DNA from: Yuukianura sp. NJ FZ-2021
Taxonomy: Eukaryota
Reading direction: 5' to 3'
NCBI GenBank assembly: GCA_046563655.1
Contig: CM102290.1
Coordinates: 6,944,001-7,008,000 of the forward strand
Length of the DNA stretch: 64,000 nt
In this document: in pieces, positions 13,401 through 25,400 of the stretch
Layout: every line of letters starts with the position of its first letter
Position numbering within the stretch: position 1 is the stretch's first letter
The notes under the pieces: model-generated
Database searches by the model: none
The model's input: the letters and a program-made list of their open reading frames with translations, nothing else
Told to the model about the DNA's origin: nothing
Program-made: the position numbers and the translations under genes

Positions 13401-16400
13401 GAAATCAGATTCTGAAAGCTATGAACAAGTTACAAATTCAAATTGAAAAACAATCAAGTTTGTTACGGAGCTTTTTCTTTCAAAAAGTATGAGAAAAACA
13501 TTTGAATTTGTCATTTTTGAAAAGTGGCTTCCAGCCCACTCAGCCATGTTGTTTTGAGCGGCACTTTCAAAATATTGAGGTGAGATAACGATCAGTTAGT
13601 TTCTAGACTAAAAACCTCAAAAGAAATCATTTCCAAACATAACTCCCTCAGTTCAGTTGCTATTGGAACTCCAAGCCCGGGAATGTTTTTTTTGAATTGA
13701 CACAAAGAAGCCCGCCGACCCGAAAGTCAACAATGGTCGCTCCATCCAAACACTACACAATTCTGGACCCATTGTCACCGGAGGGGGGTCTTTGAGGTTT
13801 TGAGGGGAAAAGGTTAGGTTAGTTAACCTAAACCACTGTAGAAGCCTTTGACCTCAGGAATAAGGGGGTACCACCAGCGTCGACGACTTTACAGTGTGTG
13901 TGTTGAAGGTGTGTCAAGTAGCCACTTTGGAAGACAAAGGAAGTCAAAGGGTTTAGGTTATTCAATGCAAGACGGATTTTGAAAAAAATGACCCGAAAAT
14001 TTTCAGTTTTCAAAAAATTTTGAAAGTTTGGTCTGACAAAAGGTAATAAAAAGTGTTTTGGGAATGTCATCCCTGGGTAATTTTGCTGACAAAAGTTTGA
14101 ATCTGCTGAGAGCAAGCTTAGATTCGACTTTAATGATAAATTTTTTAACTATCGAGTTGTATTTTTTTTTCTGAAAACTAAGCGCTAAATGCTGTCAAAA
14201 TTTTTTCAATCCTCCTGAAATTTGTAAATAAACAGTATTTTGCAGTTTTGGTGAACCTCTTTAATGGTTTTCCTGAAGTTGTGTTTAGGCATTTGATTAT
14301 TGTCATGACTTGACTCCTGGGTGAAAGAAAAGACACTTTGGACAGTAGACAACCAACAATCATTTTGTGGATAACAATGGAAGTGTTTTGGTGAGAATTA
14401 GTTGGGAAAGAAGGCTGCACATCTCTCACTTTCTGACAAGACTAGGGAGACTGTGCTCAAATTCAAAAAACGAGGGAAGAAACCATTCATTTGGTGCTGA
14501 AGAAGCAGAGGGTTGCATAAGGGCCCTCCTGAAAAGTTGAGACCCTTGGACACCGATAAAAGGCTCCACGAACGCCTTTGTCTCGCACCCAACCACCCAA
14601 GACTCAACCAACAACTGACAAGGCTCAAATGCACCACCACCCGCAGGCCATTTAGTTAAAATCAAATTTTTGAAAGCAGGCGATCGCACGCGCATGCGTC
14701 TGGCGCAACGTTACCAAATTTCAGCTGCTTCTAACTTAACTCCCAAAGTTATAAAAAGGATATTCTCAAATCGTATCGTCCTCTTTTGACAACTTTTGAC
14801 AAAAACAACTGGTTTTCGCACGCTAAAACATGAAAAAAAGTTCAGCCCAAACACCTTTTCAATTGTAATTTGAAAAAAAAGAATTGAAAAGAGTCGACGT
14901 GGAAAAAAGATCAAAGAAAGATCTTCCCACATAAAAAGGTGGGAGAAAGTTTCCAAAAAATTTTCTAGCATAAAAAGTTCATCAATGCAAAACATCAAAG
15001 ATGTACGTCAGGACTATTTTGGATGTCGAAAAATTTCTAAACACGTTAAAAAATGTTGCTCATTCAGTGTTGTATGTTTTAAAAATACGTACAGAAATAC
15101 TTATAGAAAGGAGTTTGGATCGAAAAATATTTTCATCCAATATAAGAAAAAATATTTGGCAAGTCGACAATCACAACCAACCTCAAAATTAAAGTTGCAC
15201 TCTAATGTGTTCATATTTTCTGATTCAAATCGTAATGTCAAGTATCTATTTCTTTTTTTAGAAATTGCGGGAGAAGTTGAATACGTTGGGGATTTCAGTG
15301 ATGAATCAGTGGCCTGGTGTGAAGCTTCGGGTAATCGAAGGGTGGGACGAGGAACACCTCCATTCCCCGAATTCCCTGCACTACGAAGGACGGGCAGTGG
15401 ACATCCAGACGTCCGACAAAGATTGGTCCAAGTACGGGATGCTGGCAAGACTCGCTGTGGAGGCTGGCTTCGACTGGGTCTTTTACGAGTCAAGGGCACA
15501 TATTCACTGTTCCGTCAAATCAGGTCAGTTAACTTATGCCTCTCCTAAGAATACTTTATACTTTGTACTAAATAAGAATTAGTTCATCTAAAAACAAAAT
15601 CTGAATCAACAGCTATATTTTTAAGCCAAAGTGGACAAGTTCGTAAAATATTTTTGCCACCTCTGATTTCCGAGCTACTGACTTGCATGATCTGGCAGGA
15701 TCATTCTTTAAGGGACTCGCGTTATATTTTTGAAATGTTGGACAAAGAATAACTTTAAAGTTACTCCCTTAGTAAACATTGTTCAGGAAGTGTAATATGA
15801 CTCCAGAATGGAATGGCGGCAAAGTTTGAATTTTGATTCTGAAGACTAGCTCGGAAGAATGCGAGTGTCTTATGATGATGGTGATGGTTTTGGCTACCCC
15901 CTGCCGCCAAATATGAACAAAAGCATGTCTTATGTTTTGGGCCTCTCGCTGTGGGTCCTTGGCTGGACCACTTTGCCTTGGATCCATTAAGTCCAACACC
16001 CAAGACTACTCCACCACATGGGAGGGAGATTCAAAGAAGTTAAGGACGGGGCAAAAGGTGCCTCCAGAACAACACCAACATTAAGGAACAGAACATGACA
16101 CAAGAGTAGTCAAATGCTCCATTCAAACCACGTTTTCATTCCTTTACAACTAACAAAAGGATTCACTAGCCAAAGGACCCAAGGGCTCCCCTCATACTCC
16201 GCCTACAAATACAATTTCTGCCTCCAAGGGCTCTCTCAGCATTCCCTTTCAACAGTTTTTTCGAAAAATTTACTTCAAAGTCAATGTAGATCTATGCGGA
16301 GCGATTTTAAATTTTGGTGCTGCTTCAGAATTTTGGTTACATACAGCGGTACTCAATTTTTGAGATGTCCTAAAAAAGATTACTATTAAAAATTAGTATT

Positions 16401-19400
16401 GCTGCTTCCCTGAAAAGTTTTGGTGTGTGCAAATGTTACAATATTTTAGACAGTTTCAAGCTGTATAAACTAATTTATTTCTTACTCGTTTTCTTTAGGT
16501 AACAAAAATCTTAAAAGTTTTAACTAGCCTCTATGACTATCTTACAGTTGAAAAGTACAGTAAGCTGGAATTTTGCGAAAGTTCGTTTTTTACAAGTTTT
16601 TCCCATTTTTTTTTTGCTTGAAATGCTCATGGAAGTGACGCCTCCCCTGCCTGCTGTAATTTAAATTTCCATTTTTTTTGTGGCCAAAGTACCAGTGAAG
16701 AATAGGAAGATGCAGATCGTGAGGGAATGATGAATGCATAGAATAAGAATGATTTGATTGCTACAAAGAAAAGATGGAGGTTTGAATAATGCCGCCTAAA
16801 AAGAAGAGAGGTGATAAAAACGATTTCCTTTGAACAATTCCCCCATTGCTTAATAACGACTTATCCCATCACTTCGTTTGAACTTTTTCAAAGATTTCCG
16901 CCACATTTTCCACTTTGGCTTACCACGCCCTTCTCACAATTCACACCGCCAAAGTTCTTCAAGTTTGCTTAAATTCCGCCTTAGTCAGAAAATGGAAATA
17001 TATAAATCTCAGAAGAGCTTTTCAGTTTAAGAGGTACAAACGATTTGGAAATGAAGGAAGTTGCATTTTAACAAAGTTTGAGAAATGACCTTTGGACTCT
17101 TGCTAACTAGGTTTCTCATATGCCTCTGAAGTCTGAACTAGCAATTAAGTTTGACGAGTAAATTGGTACGAGTCAATTAATTACACCTTTGCTCATGCAA
17201 GATGATTATACTAACTGAATTCACAAAAATCTTTTTAAAATTTCTTGTTTTTTGAATTATTTACTGTAGAGCTCCTTGTTTCGTCTCAAAATGTATTTGC
17301 GCACCGGCATTTCAGTTACTTTAAGTTTAAAAGAAACCAAAACTAAATTGTATGTTTCCAAATCTATCTGATTGTGATTTTCAGCATTTCGAGCAACAAT
17401 TCTAGCAGTACCTTGTGTATTGAATACAGATGAAACCAAGGAGTAGCTTCAACTTTTGTGTTTTTAGTCAAATTGAAAAGGAATTCAAGAACCTGTTTGA
17501 GGAAAGTGTTTAAGTTGATGCGGAGCAAACACAATATGTCACTTTGACGCAGAAATGACAATCATAAATTACAAATGGATTTTGGAACTTAAAGTATTTC
17601 AAACATGCAGCTCGCGTCTTCTTTCGTTTTTCAGTGTACAGGCACAAAGGTTCCAAATTTCTTCAATTTTTGTTCCCAAATTTGTTCCCTTTACAACTTT
17701 GCACAAAAATCGTCACTTCATTGAGACTTAAAAAGTTAAAATAAGCGGAATTAGATGGTGTGGAAGTGGCATGAGCAATGAAGGGGCTGGAAGGGCTTGA
17801 GAGCTTGTTTACATGAAGTTTTTGATTTCCTAAGTCCCCACCGCCATGTTCCATTTGTTGAAGATGACAAGTAGGTGCTAAGAGATGGGAGAGTGGATTT
17901 TTATTATGATGGGCTCAAGGATATTCTGCCATTTAAGATCTTTAAGTTAAGTACACCACTACAAACCATTCGGATTTCCAATCTCCCGCTCATGCCGACC
18001 ACAGAGCCCTTTAATGGCCAAGTCAAGGGCTCTTCAACCCTCATCTCCTTCGACTTCCTTTTAGTTAAGTCAAATTCAAATCTAACACTACTCAAATTGG
18101 TCCATGTCACAGCATCACTCTCTTAAAATAACTCTCTATCATTTTGAATCTATTTCGTCGGTAATGCGCATACCCCAACAGTAGAACCACGAATAGAGTC
18201 GGAAGTAATGCCTCGCGCATAGTTTCTTTGAATCATGTCAAATTTGAATTGATAAAAATTATTTCAAGGTCAAATTTTAAAAGCACATCGGTAGTCGAAC
18301 CTTCTCATCAAAATAAATCAATGCTGCACTGCTCGCTTAAGTAGATTGAACTAAACGCCACTGTAATCAACTTTTAATGCAGGAATGGACGTTTCCACTT
18401 GTTTTAAGTGTAGGTTTGTATTAAACACGCATTCGTAATTGAATTCTCTTGAGTCAATTATATTCGAAGCTTTTTTTTTCAAGTCCATTCGTCATTAACG
18501 TAAGTACTCACTCCATCAACACGTTTAGGTGGCGACGGGAAGCACTTAGGAGATGCTTTGTCAAATATTTTTGAACTCATTTCCGGAACTGCTGTTTATG
18601 ACAGTCGCACAATCTCAAAGACGAAAAGTCCATTTTTGAATTCTTGGATAATCCTCCTTTGTGTGTGGTTTTTGAAAAAGAATAGAAAAGATTGAAAAGT
18701 GATGAAGTCTTGAAAAGAGAGAGCTATAATCCTGCTGTTTCGAATTTAAGCACGTTTTGGTCTTCAAGTCCTTCAGTACTCCGGGCACTTGACACAGATA
18801 TTATATGAACTTGGGATGATTAACTCTGGCTTTAGAACAAAAAAACATTTTTTTTTAAATTTGATTTTAAATGAAAGTTTTTTTTCTAAATTTAATTTTA
18901 AAATACAAAAAAAAATTCTTTTTGAATTTTAGATTCTTTTCAAAGTGGACGCGCTGGTGGATGCTTCAATTCCAATTCGACGGTTCAAACAATTAATGGA
19001 AAGAAGAACATTACTGACCTCTCCATTGGTGACCAAGTGTTGACGGTTGACCTCAACGGAGAGGTCGCTTATGCTCCAGTTATTTTGTTCCTCGATCGAA
19101 ATCATACCCAAGTCAGAGAATTTTATGAAATTGAAACTTCAAACCATCAGACTCTGCGCCTTACGCCGTCGCATCTTCTTTTCATAATTCCCGCCACCAC
19201 GGCACTGTCAATTCAAGATTTCCTCGCCTCAGATACGTCAAGTTCAGAATTCAGAAATGGCGGGAATTCCGAAATCCCATTTTCCGGAGAAGAGCTTAGC
19301 AATGCCGAACTCGTGAAATTGGCTGAAATTACCTTTGCCCGTAACGTCGCCATTGGAGACTGGATCCTAATAGTAGATTCAAATCAGAAGGTCGAAAGGT

Positions 19401-19804
19401 CACGAGTGCTAAGCGTAAGGTCATTTGAAAGCCAAGGAGTTTATGCTCCCTTGACCACGACTGGAACTATAGTTGTCGACGGAGTGCTCAGTTCCTGTTA
19501 TGCCGTCATTGACAGTCAATCCCTTGCCCACGCTTCTTTTCTTCCATTTCGTCTTGTCCATAACCTTATGGCGGGAGTTAACCGCTTGTGGCGTAGGGCC
19601 ACGTTCCTCGTGACCTTGGGCACCAGTGACACCCAATCAGCTGAATTCAGCCATGTAGTCAATAGTCTGAGTCAACAGAGGTCAGCCATGACAGAGAGGT
19701 CAGAGGTCAAAGGGAGTGACAATGACGAAGGCGTCTTCTGGTACGCTTCGTTCCTGTATGACCTCACCAATCGAATCCTTCCGTCCTCCCTACTCTACCA
19801 TTAG
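7414..19804 (+). CDS. hh: Hedgehog precursor, 3 coding exons: 7414-7902, 15262-15523, 18933-19804
   Basis: Exon 1 encodes a hydrophobic signal followed by CGPGRG...[16 protein letters not shown]...[21 protein letters not shown]. Exon 2 encodes [30 protein letters not shown]...[11 protein letters not shown]...[27 protein letters not shown]. Exon 3 contains the GG|CF autocleavage site (Cys codon 18962-18964) and the Hint motifs LTPSHLLF and [27 protein letters not shown] boundaries are in frame. Confidence 0.97.
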
Positions 19805-20451
19805 TTGAGCTGGGCATCCTAACTTTTTTCTTTCAACTGCTTCTATGTTGTGAACAGTTTGAAAGTATAATTTGAAAGAAGGTTAAATTTGGAAAACACG
19901 CTTGATTCTCTTTAATCAACTAGGCTTTAATCAATGAATATTTATGTATTGGCGTGTGTTTTGCAAAAAAAGAATCAGTATTGTAAGGTTACGCTCAACA
20001 ATAGTCCCTGCAGCGCAAGCGCAGCAAGCCCAAAAAAACAGTGTGTTGCCATTTTGAGAACTTATTCCTTTTTAGTATAAGTTTTTAGAGTGTATAATTA
20101 GTTGTAAGGTTGTAAAATTATTTTAAAAAAAACAAGACCAAGTGAAACACTATGTGCCTTAAATGAAGAACATTAGAAGCAGACTAGACTTAATCAACAA
20201 TTTTGAAACTTAGGACTTAGAATAAGAAAAGCGTCGCCCTGTCCCTTTAGTAGGAGTTGTCATCGGAGAACCAGCGAAAGAAATGAGCGGTATATTTAAA
20301 AAAGTGAATCGTTTGTAATCTTCTTTGTCCTTTGATTAAATTGTGTTCGTAGAAACGAACAAAATGTGTGTGAAGCATCGTTCAAATTGAATTCTTTTGG
20401 AATTTTAATTCTAAAATTCATATTTTAAAATTTTACGTTTCAAATGCAATG

Positions 20452-21480
20452 TCACCGTTCACATATGAAGTACGTTTGAAAGGAACATGGCGTGTCATTC
20501 CATCGCAATCCTTTGCCGTCTCGATTCCACAGTTCCAAACAATGTTCCTCTTCGCCATTTTCATAACGAAAGTTATTGGGTTCTCCTGTATGTGCAGAAT
20601 AAAATTTTGATCTACTACACACACTGGACATAATACTACAAAAATATAACAGTGACAATTTTCAAAATGTTCGTGTGACCTGTATTCCAGTTGGTGAAGG
20701 TCACAGGGCGTCCGTTTCCAAACCATGTGAAGATTCCTTCTTCTCCTTGATCTGTTCCGCTCGTCCAGAAATGTTCATGTCCCAATCCTAAATCAAAAGA
20801 AAACTATTAAATTGAATTTAATTTTACAATTTGTAGAAAAATTAATCACAAATCCTTTCCAATTTCACCTTCCCAATATGAAGTACTTTTGTAAAAAAAA
20901 AAAAAAAATTTACCAAATTCCTGAATAGTTTTCTCCAATACATCATTTTCAGCTTGAGATTCCACACTGGCTAGTTGCATTGCATGGAACCTGCAGAAAT
21001 CATGGGCTTTGTACCAATTCGCCTAGGGTTAAAAACAAAATTCAAAAATATCAATTCGAATTTACCTTTCAGAATTTGAAAAATTAGACAAAAATGTTGC
21101 ATTTAACTTGACTCACGGTCATAACGATAACTTTCAATCTGTTGTATGCTTGAGATTTGTTAAATTGACGGAATTTGTATTATACCTCACCTTAAAAAAG
21201 TGTCCAATGTAGTATCGTTTTGATCCGAGTCGGATCATGGGCCAGTCGTCGACGACGTCGTCACTCAAGTCATTCTTGGACCCACCTCCTACGCTCCGTT
21301 CACATCTCCCTCCTAAACTGTGCATAAAGAAAAATCAGGTAAACCGCGACGAACTGGGCTGAACCTTCGTTATGTCTGACCTTCTGCGCCGACGCCTGGC
21401 TGTCCAACAACCAGAACCACGATCAGGACCACTGCTGACAACTGCTCCACTGCCATACCCAAAGCAAAGTGGCCCACCAT
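20452..21480 (-). CDS. Secreted C-type lectin, exons ~21480-21381, 21312-21191, 21022-20914, 20787-20680, 20585-20452 (an alternative in-frame ATG lies at 21543)
   Basis: Spliced translation gives a hydrophobic N-terminus, then ...KRYYIGHFFK ANWYKAHDFCRFHAMQLASVESQAEND... HFWTSGTDQGEEGIFTWFGNGRPVTFTNWNTGEPNNFRYENGEEEHCLELWNRDGKGLRWNDTPCSFQTYFICER. It has the EPN (mannose-type) and WND motifs and four canonical cysteines. Confidence 0.93.
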
Positions 21481-22441
21481 AGGCGACGACGCTCCTCTTG
21501 TAATTTGACACAACGTTATTCGTCGTTCAACAGACACAAACATGCATTCGCCTTAGCCAGGGTTGAGGGATAGCATTTTGCAAAAGTTGACTGCAATGTG
21601 AAAGTTAAGTTTTTGCACAAAAGTTTCGCCAAAGACTCAGCAATGGTACAGAAACATGAAGAAAAGTGACCTCGACGTGTCTTGTACTAAAGTAGGTGAA
21701 CGTATGTCAATTAACTCACTTTACTGCCTTCCTACACCCAATTCGTTTGGGACACTACAATAATTATTTACAAGGGTTAGTATGAAAGAGGATGCCAACG
21801 TAAACAAAAAAAAACGAACAGCATTAACGACTGCTCAACATGCAAAATTTAAGTTGTTTTAACAGGGGCAGCAAGGTGACAAAGTGACTTCAGTTTCACA
21901 CAAATCATAAGTGAGTGGCACTTAATATAAAAAAGAGTAATTAATATGTTTAATATGTTGAGCAATGGACGCAATAAAGGCGTTAACTTTTAATTGTAAA
22001 ACGTTTTGGAGATGGATACATATTTTATTTATCGATTCTTAAAAATAGTTTGGTATTTGAAATATTTTGAAATATGAATGTATTAGTATATACTATGTGT
22101 ATAATAACTCTTGATTGGACAAAATATAAATCATCACTTCTCATTTAAAGCTTTAAGGTGTTGACATTCTCCATTTATTAATAATTGACTAATTGTTTTC
22201 CTGTTTGACTTTTCCCATAATAACTTTCATTTTCATCATTTTTTTCAACATTATAGTATTTGGACTGGTTTTCAAAATATAAATTAATTAAGAAAAATTG
22301 GTATTCGTGTAACTTTTAATTTATGTTTTTAGCACTTCCCATATAGGCATAAATTAGCAATTGTTTCTTTGTTTCTTAGGTTAAGGTACGTTACATATTG
22401 AAGTACTAATGTATAATAGGTGACAAATTGATCGTTTGCGT

Positions 22442-25400
22442 TTACCTTTGATTGGTTCTTCCAGTAGACGAGCCTTCACCGGTCGGATTGCTAGAAATCA
22501 ATTCGGATCGTTTCCAGCGTGAAGTTCCTGGAGTTTGTTGGGCGGAGCCAGTTGTAGTCGAAGGTTCGTCGACTTTTGGATTGGGCGTCGTCGGTGAGAC
22601 AGGATCCTTCTTCCGAGTAACAGCTCGATGTCGCTCCCCGGTTGACGACGCAGTGACGACAATTCCTCCACTACTGCCGCTCCTGGATGGTCCAGCAGCT
22701 CGCCGAGTCGGTGAAGTACTGCGTTGTTGGCGCAATAAAAACTCCTGCTTCAAGTGAATATTTCCTTGGTTGCGTAAACGAAGATTCTGTGAAATCGTAG
22801 CACATGGGAGCGGAGTCTGTTGCGACTGTTTTGCAATTTTCTCAAAATCTGCAGTTTTTGACTTAATCAAGCCAGCGATATTTGCCCCCTTCGTTTCCTT
22901 TCCGACAACTTTCGGGTCACTTGGGGATGGATCCAAATTCTTTGGATGTGAGGCGAACAACAATGGTTCCGTAGCTGCATTGGACGTAGAAGGCTTCGGT
23001 TCCACAGGAGGGCTAGTAGGCACAGATGAAGTTGAGTCAAGAGGCAACACCTTTAAGGTTGACTTGTTCTGTAGCTGCTCCAGCTTAGTCTGTGTGACAA
23101 CTGTGCTCGTGTTTGGAGTCGTCGTGAATAGTGGGCTCGGATTGATCAAAAACCTTGCAGTCATCGTTTCAAATTGGAATGTATCCTCTTCTGGGGACAT
23201 TGGAGGAGAGAAGGTCATGGATGTCGAGGAAAGGCGACCTGGAGAACCTAAGTGTAAAATCACGCAAGTCAGTCGTAGGTTTCATACATGCAATCCAAAT
23301 AGTACAAAACCTTACTTGGCGGAGTTGTTGCATGACTGGCGCTCGATGGCGTTCCACTACGACCTGGCTCGCTGCCACTAGCGATTTGAGCTCGAATTTT
23401 TCCAGATCTAGCCGAGGAGTCATCTGGACTCAAAATCAAGCGCCCATCCAAATGCTCTTCTTCAATAAAAGGAATCTCTGCTTCATCCAAGTTGAGCGGC
23501 ACCGGAATCTTCAACGAAGCTGTGATTACTCCGTGTTCAAGTACGGGTGAGCTTTGTCGTCTGCCGGATGCTTCCGGAACCTGTAATTCATAACACTAGT
23601 TGAATTGTAATTGTTAACCTGTTTTGCAGAAGCGTTTCAGCAGCTACTCTATGTTTAGTCTAAGCATTTATAAAAAACATAAAGCATTTTTAAAGAAATC
23701 AAAATTCAACAATCCATAACTAAAACACACGGCTAGTTCCATATTGTATAATTTCCAATTTGTTGTTGGAAAACATTTATACAAACTCATTATGCCTTAA
23801 AGTGGCTTCTGTTGATTATTTGTTGAAGCAGGGAAAATGCATGCAGGAAAACGCAAGGTTTAAACGTAGACCTGGAGGTTCTGGTGTGAAGTGGATCGCT
23901 TTGGTTCGACTTTTTCAGTCACCAACACGATGGTGGCCCCTCGACTGTCTTGTAAGGTAACGGAGTCAAGCGAACTTGCCCTCTTCGGCTCCCAAGTACC
24001 AGAGTCGCAACGTTTGGCTTTAGCCTTTTCCCCGCCTGAAATAATTTCGAATTAGTTTAGTTTGTAAGTTTATATGATGTGAAAGTCATTGCGTGTCTTA
24101 CCGGAATCACTGGACGTTCTGGCTTTGGGATCCTGCCGACTTCGACGGAACCAGCGACTAGTTGACTTGGTACTCGAATCTGACTCGCCGCCACTTTGTT
24201 TCTCGGTGTCTCCAGATCCGCCACGATCTTTACTTTGATCACGCTTGCTTCGCGCCTTCTCAGGCTTGGTCTGTCCACTGCTGCAGTTAAGTAAAGTTCA
24301 AAAGATCAAACATTATTTGGAAGGCACCGTACAAGATAGTAAACTTTAATGAAGTTAGGTTTGATTAAGCTTCGCATGAGATAACCGTACCCCTTATCTG
24401 GCTGTCCGCCCTTTCCGCCTTCCTTATGAACGATCTCTTCTCGTTTCTGGACTCTGCGTGGCGCTGCAGCTTCATCCAAGTCTGAGGGTTCTCCAAGCTC
24501 ACTTCCGCCAAAGACGCTGCTGTTATCCAGGTCGTCCAATCCAACACTAAGTACAAAAAAAAGTCTATACATTTCCAGGTTACGAACAACGTCGTAGGCT
24601 GCGGCTGAGAGACTGTTACTGCCCACGAATAACACTCGAACAGTGTTATACACGGTTAAAAAACTAAACTGAAAAAACTTACTCATCTGCAGCCTTTTCC
24701 TTGAGAATTGTTTCAAGCACGTCTGGAGCGGATTCCAAAAGCGAGTGATACACTTCATCCAGCACATCCGCTTTTACGTTGAACAGCTCCTTGTAATTGG
24801 TAATCATGAAGTCGACAACATCGATTGAATCCCTTCGTTCACGTGACTGCATGGCGGCAATCGGATCGAGTAACTGGGCATTGGGTGGAAGGAACGGAAT
24901 TAGATTCGGCGCAATGACTGTAGCTAAGTTGCAAGAGTCCATCTTATTCCCAGGGATGACAACTCCTGAAACAAAACCAGCCACAACATCAACTCCTTTG
25001 TGCCAACTCCGTTATTGCAATTTGTGTTTTTTTTAAGTAGTGTTATATTTTAGATACCAGTCGTTGGACAAGTATGGTCCTCTGCGTAACGCGCCATATT
25101 TGCAAGGAATTTGAGTAAGACGGCGAGCGTGTCTCGATTGTGAACTGGCAGCAATTGGATGATATGCTGGGTGGCTTCGAGTTGGAGCTTGCGGTTTGAT
25201 CGGTACACTATGAACAGAATGTATTATAATTTAAATTATACTCAATTTATAATAGTTCCAACAAATTGAAATTTAAAAGTGTCAGACGTACTGTTGGTAT
25301 TCAAGAATGCATGATAAAGGTCGTTACATAACAATGCTTCAGGAAGGTCGCGTAAGAATTCCTTGAGGAGTGCAGCAACGTCATGCACATTGCACTCTTC

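Noticed and set aside
18962..19500. Intein-like (Hint) domain as a mobile intein
   Set aside because: It is the normal Hedgehog autoprocessing domain followed by a sterol-recognition region.
22452..23381. Plus-strand ORFs of 101 and 203 aa
   Set aside because: Antisense shadows of the RhoGAP terminal exons.
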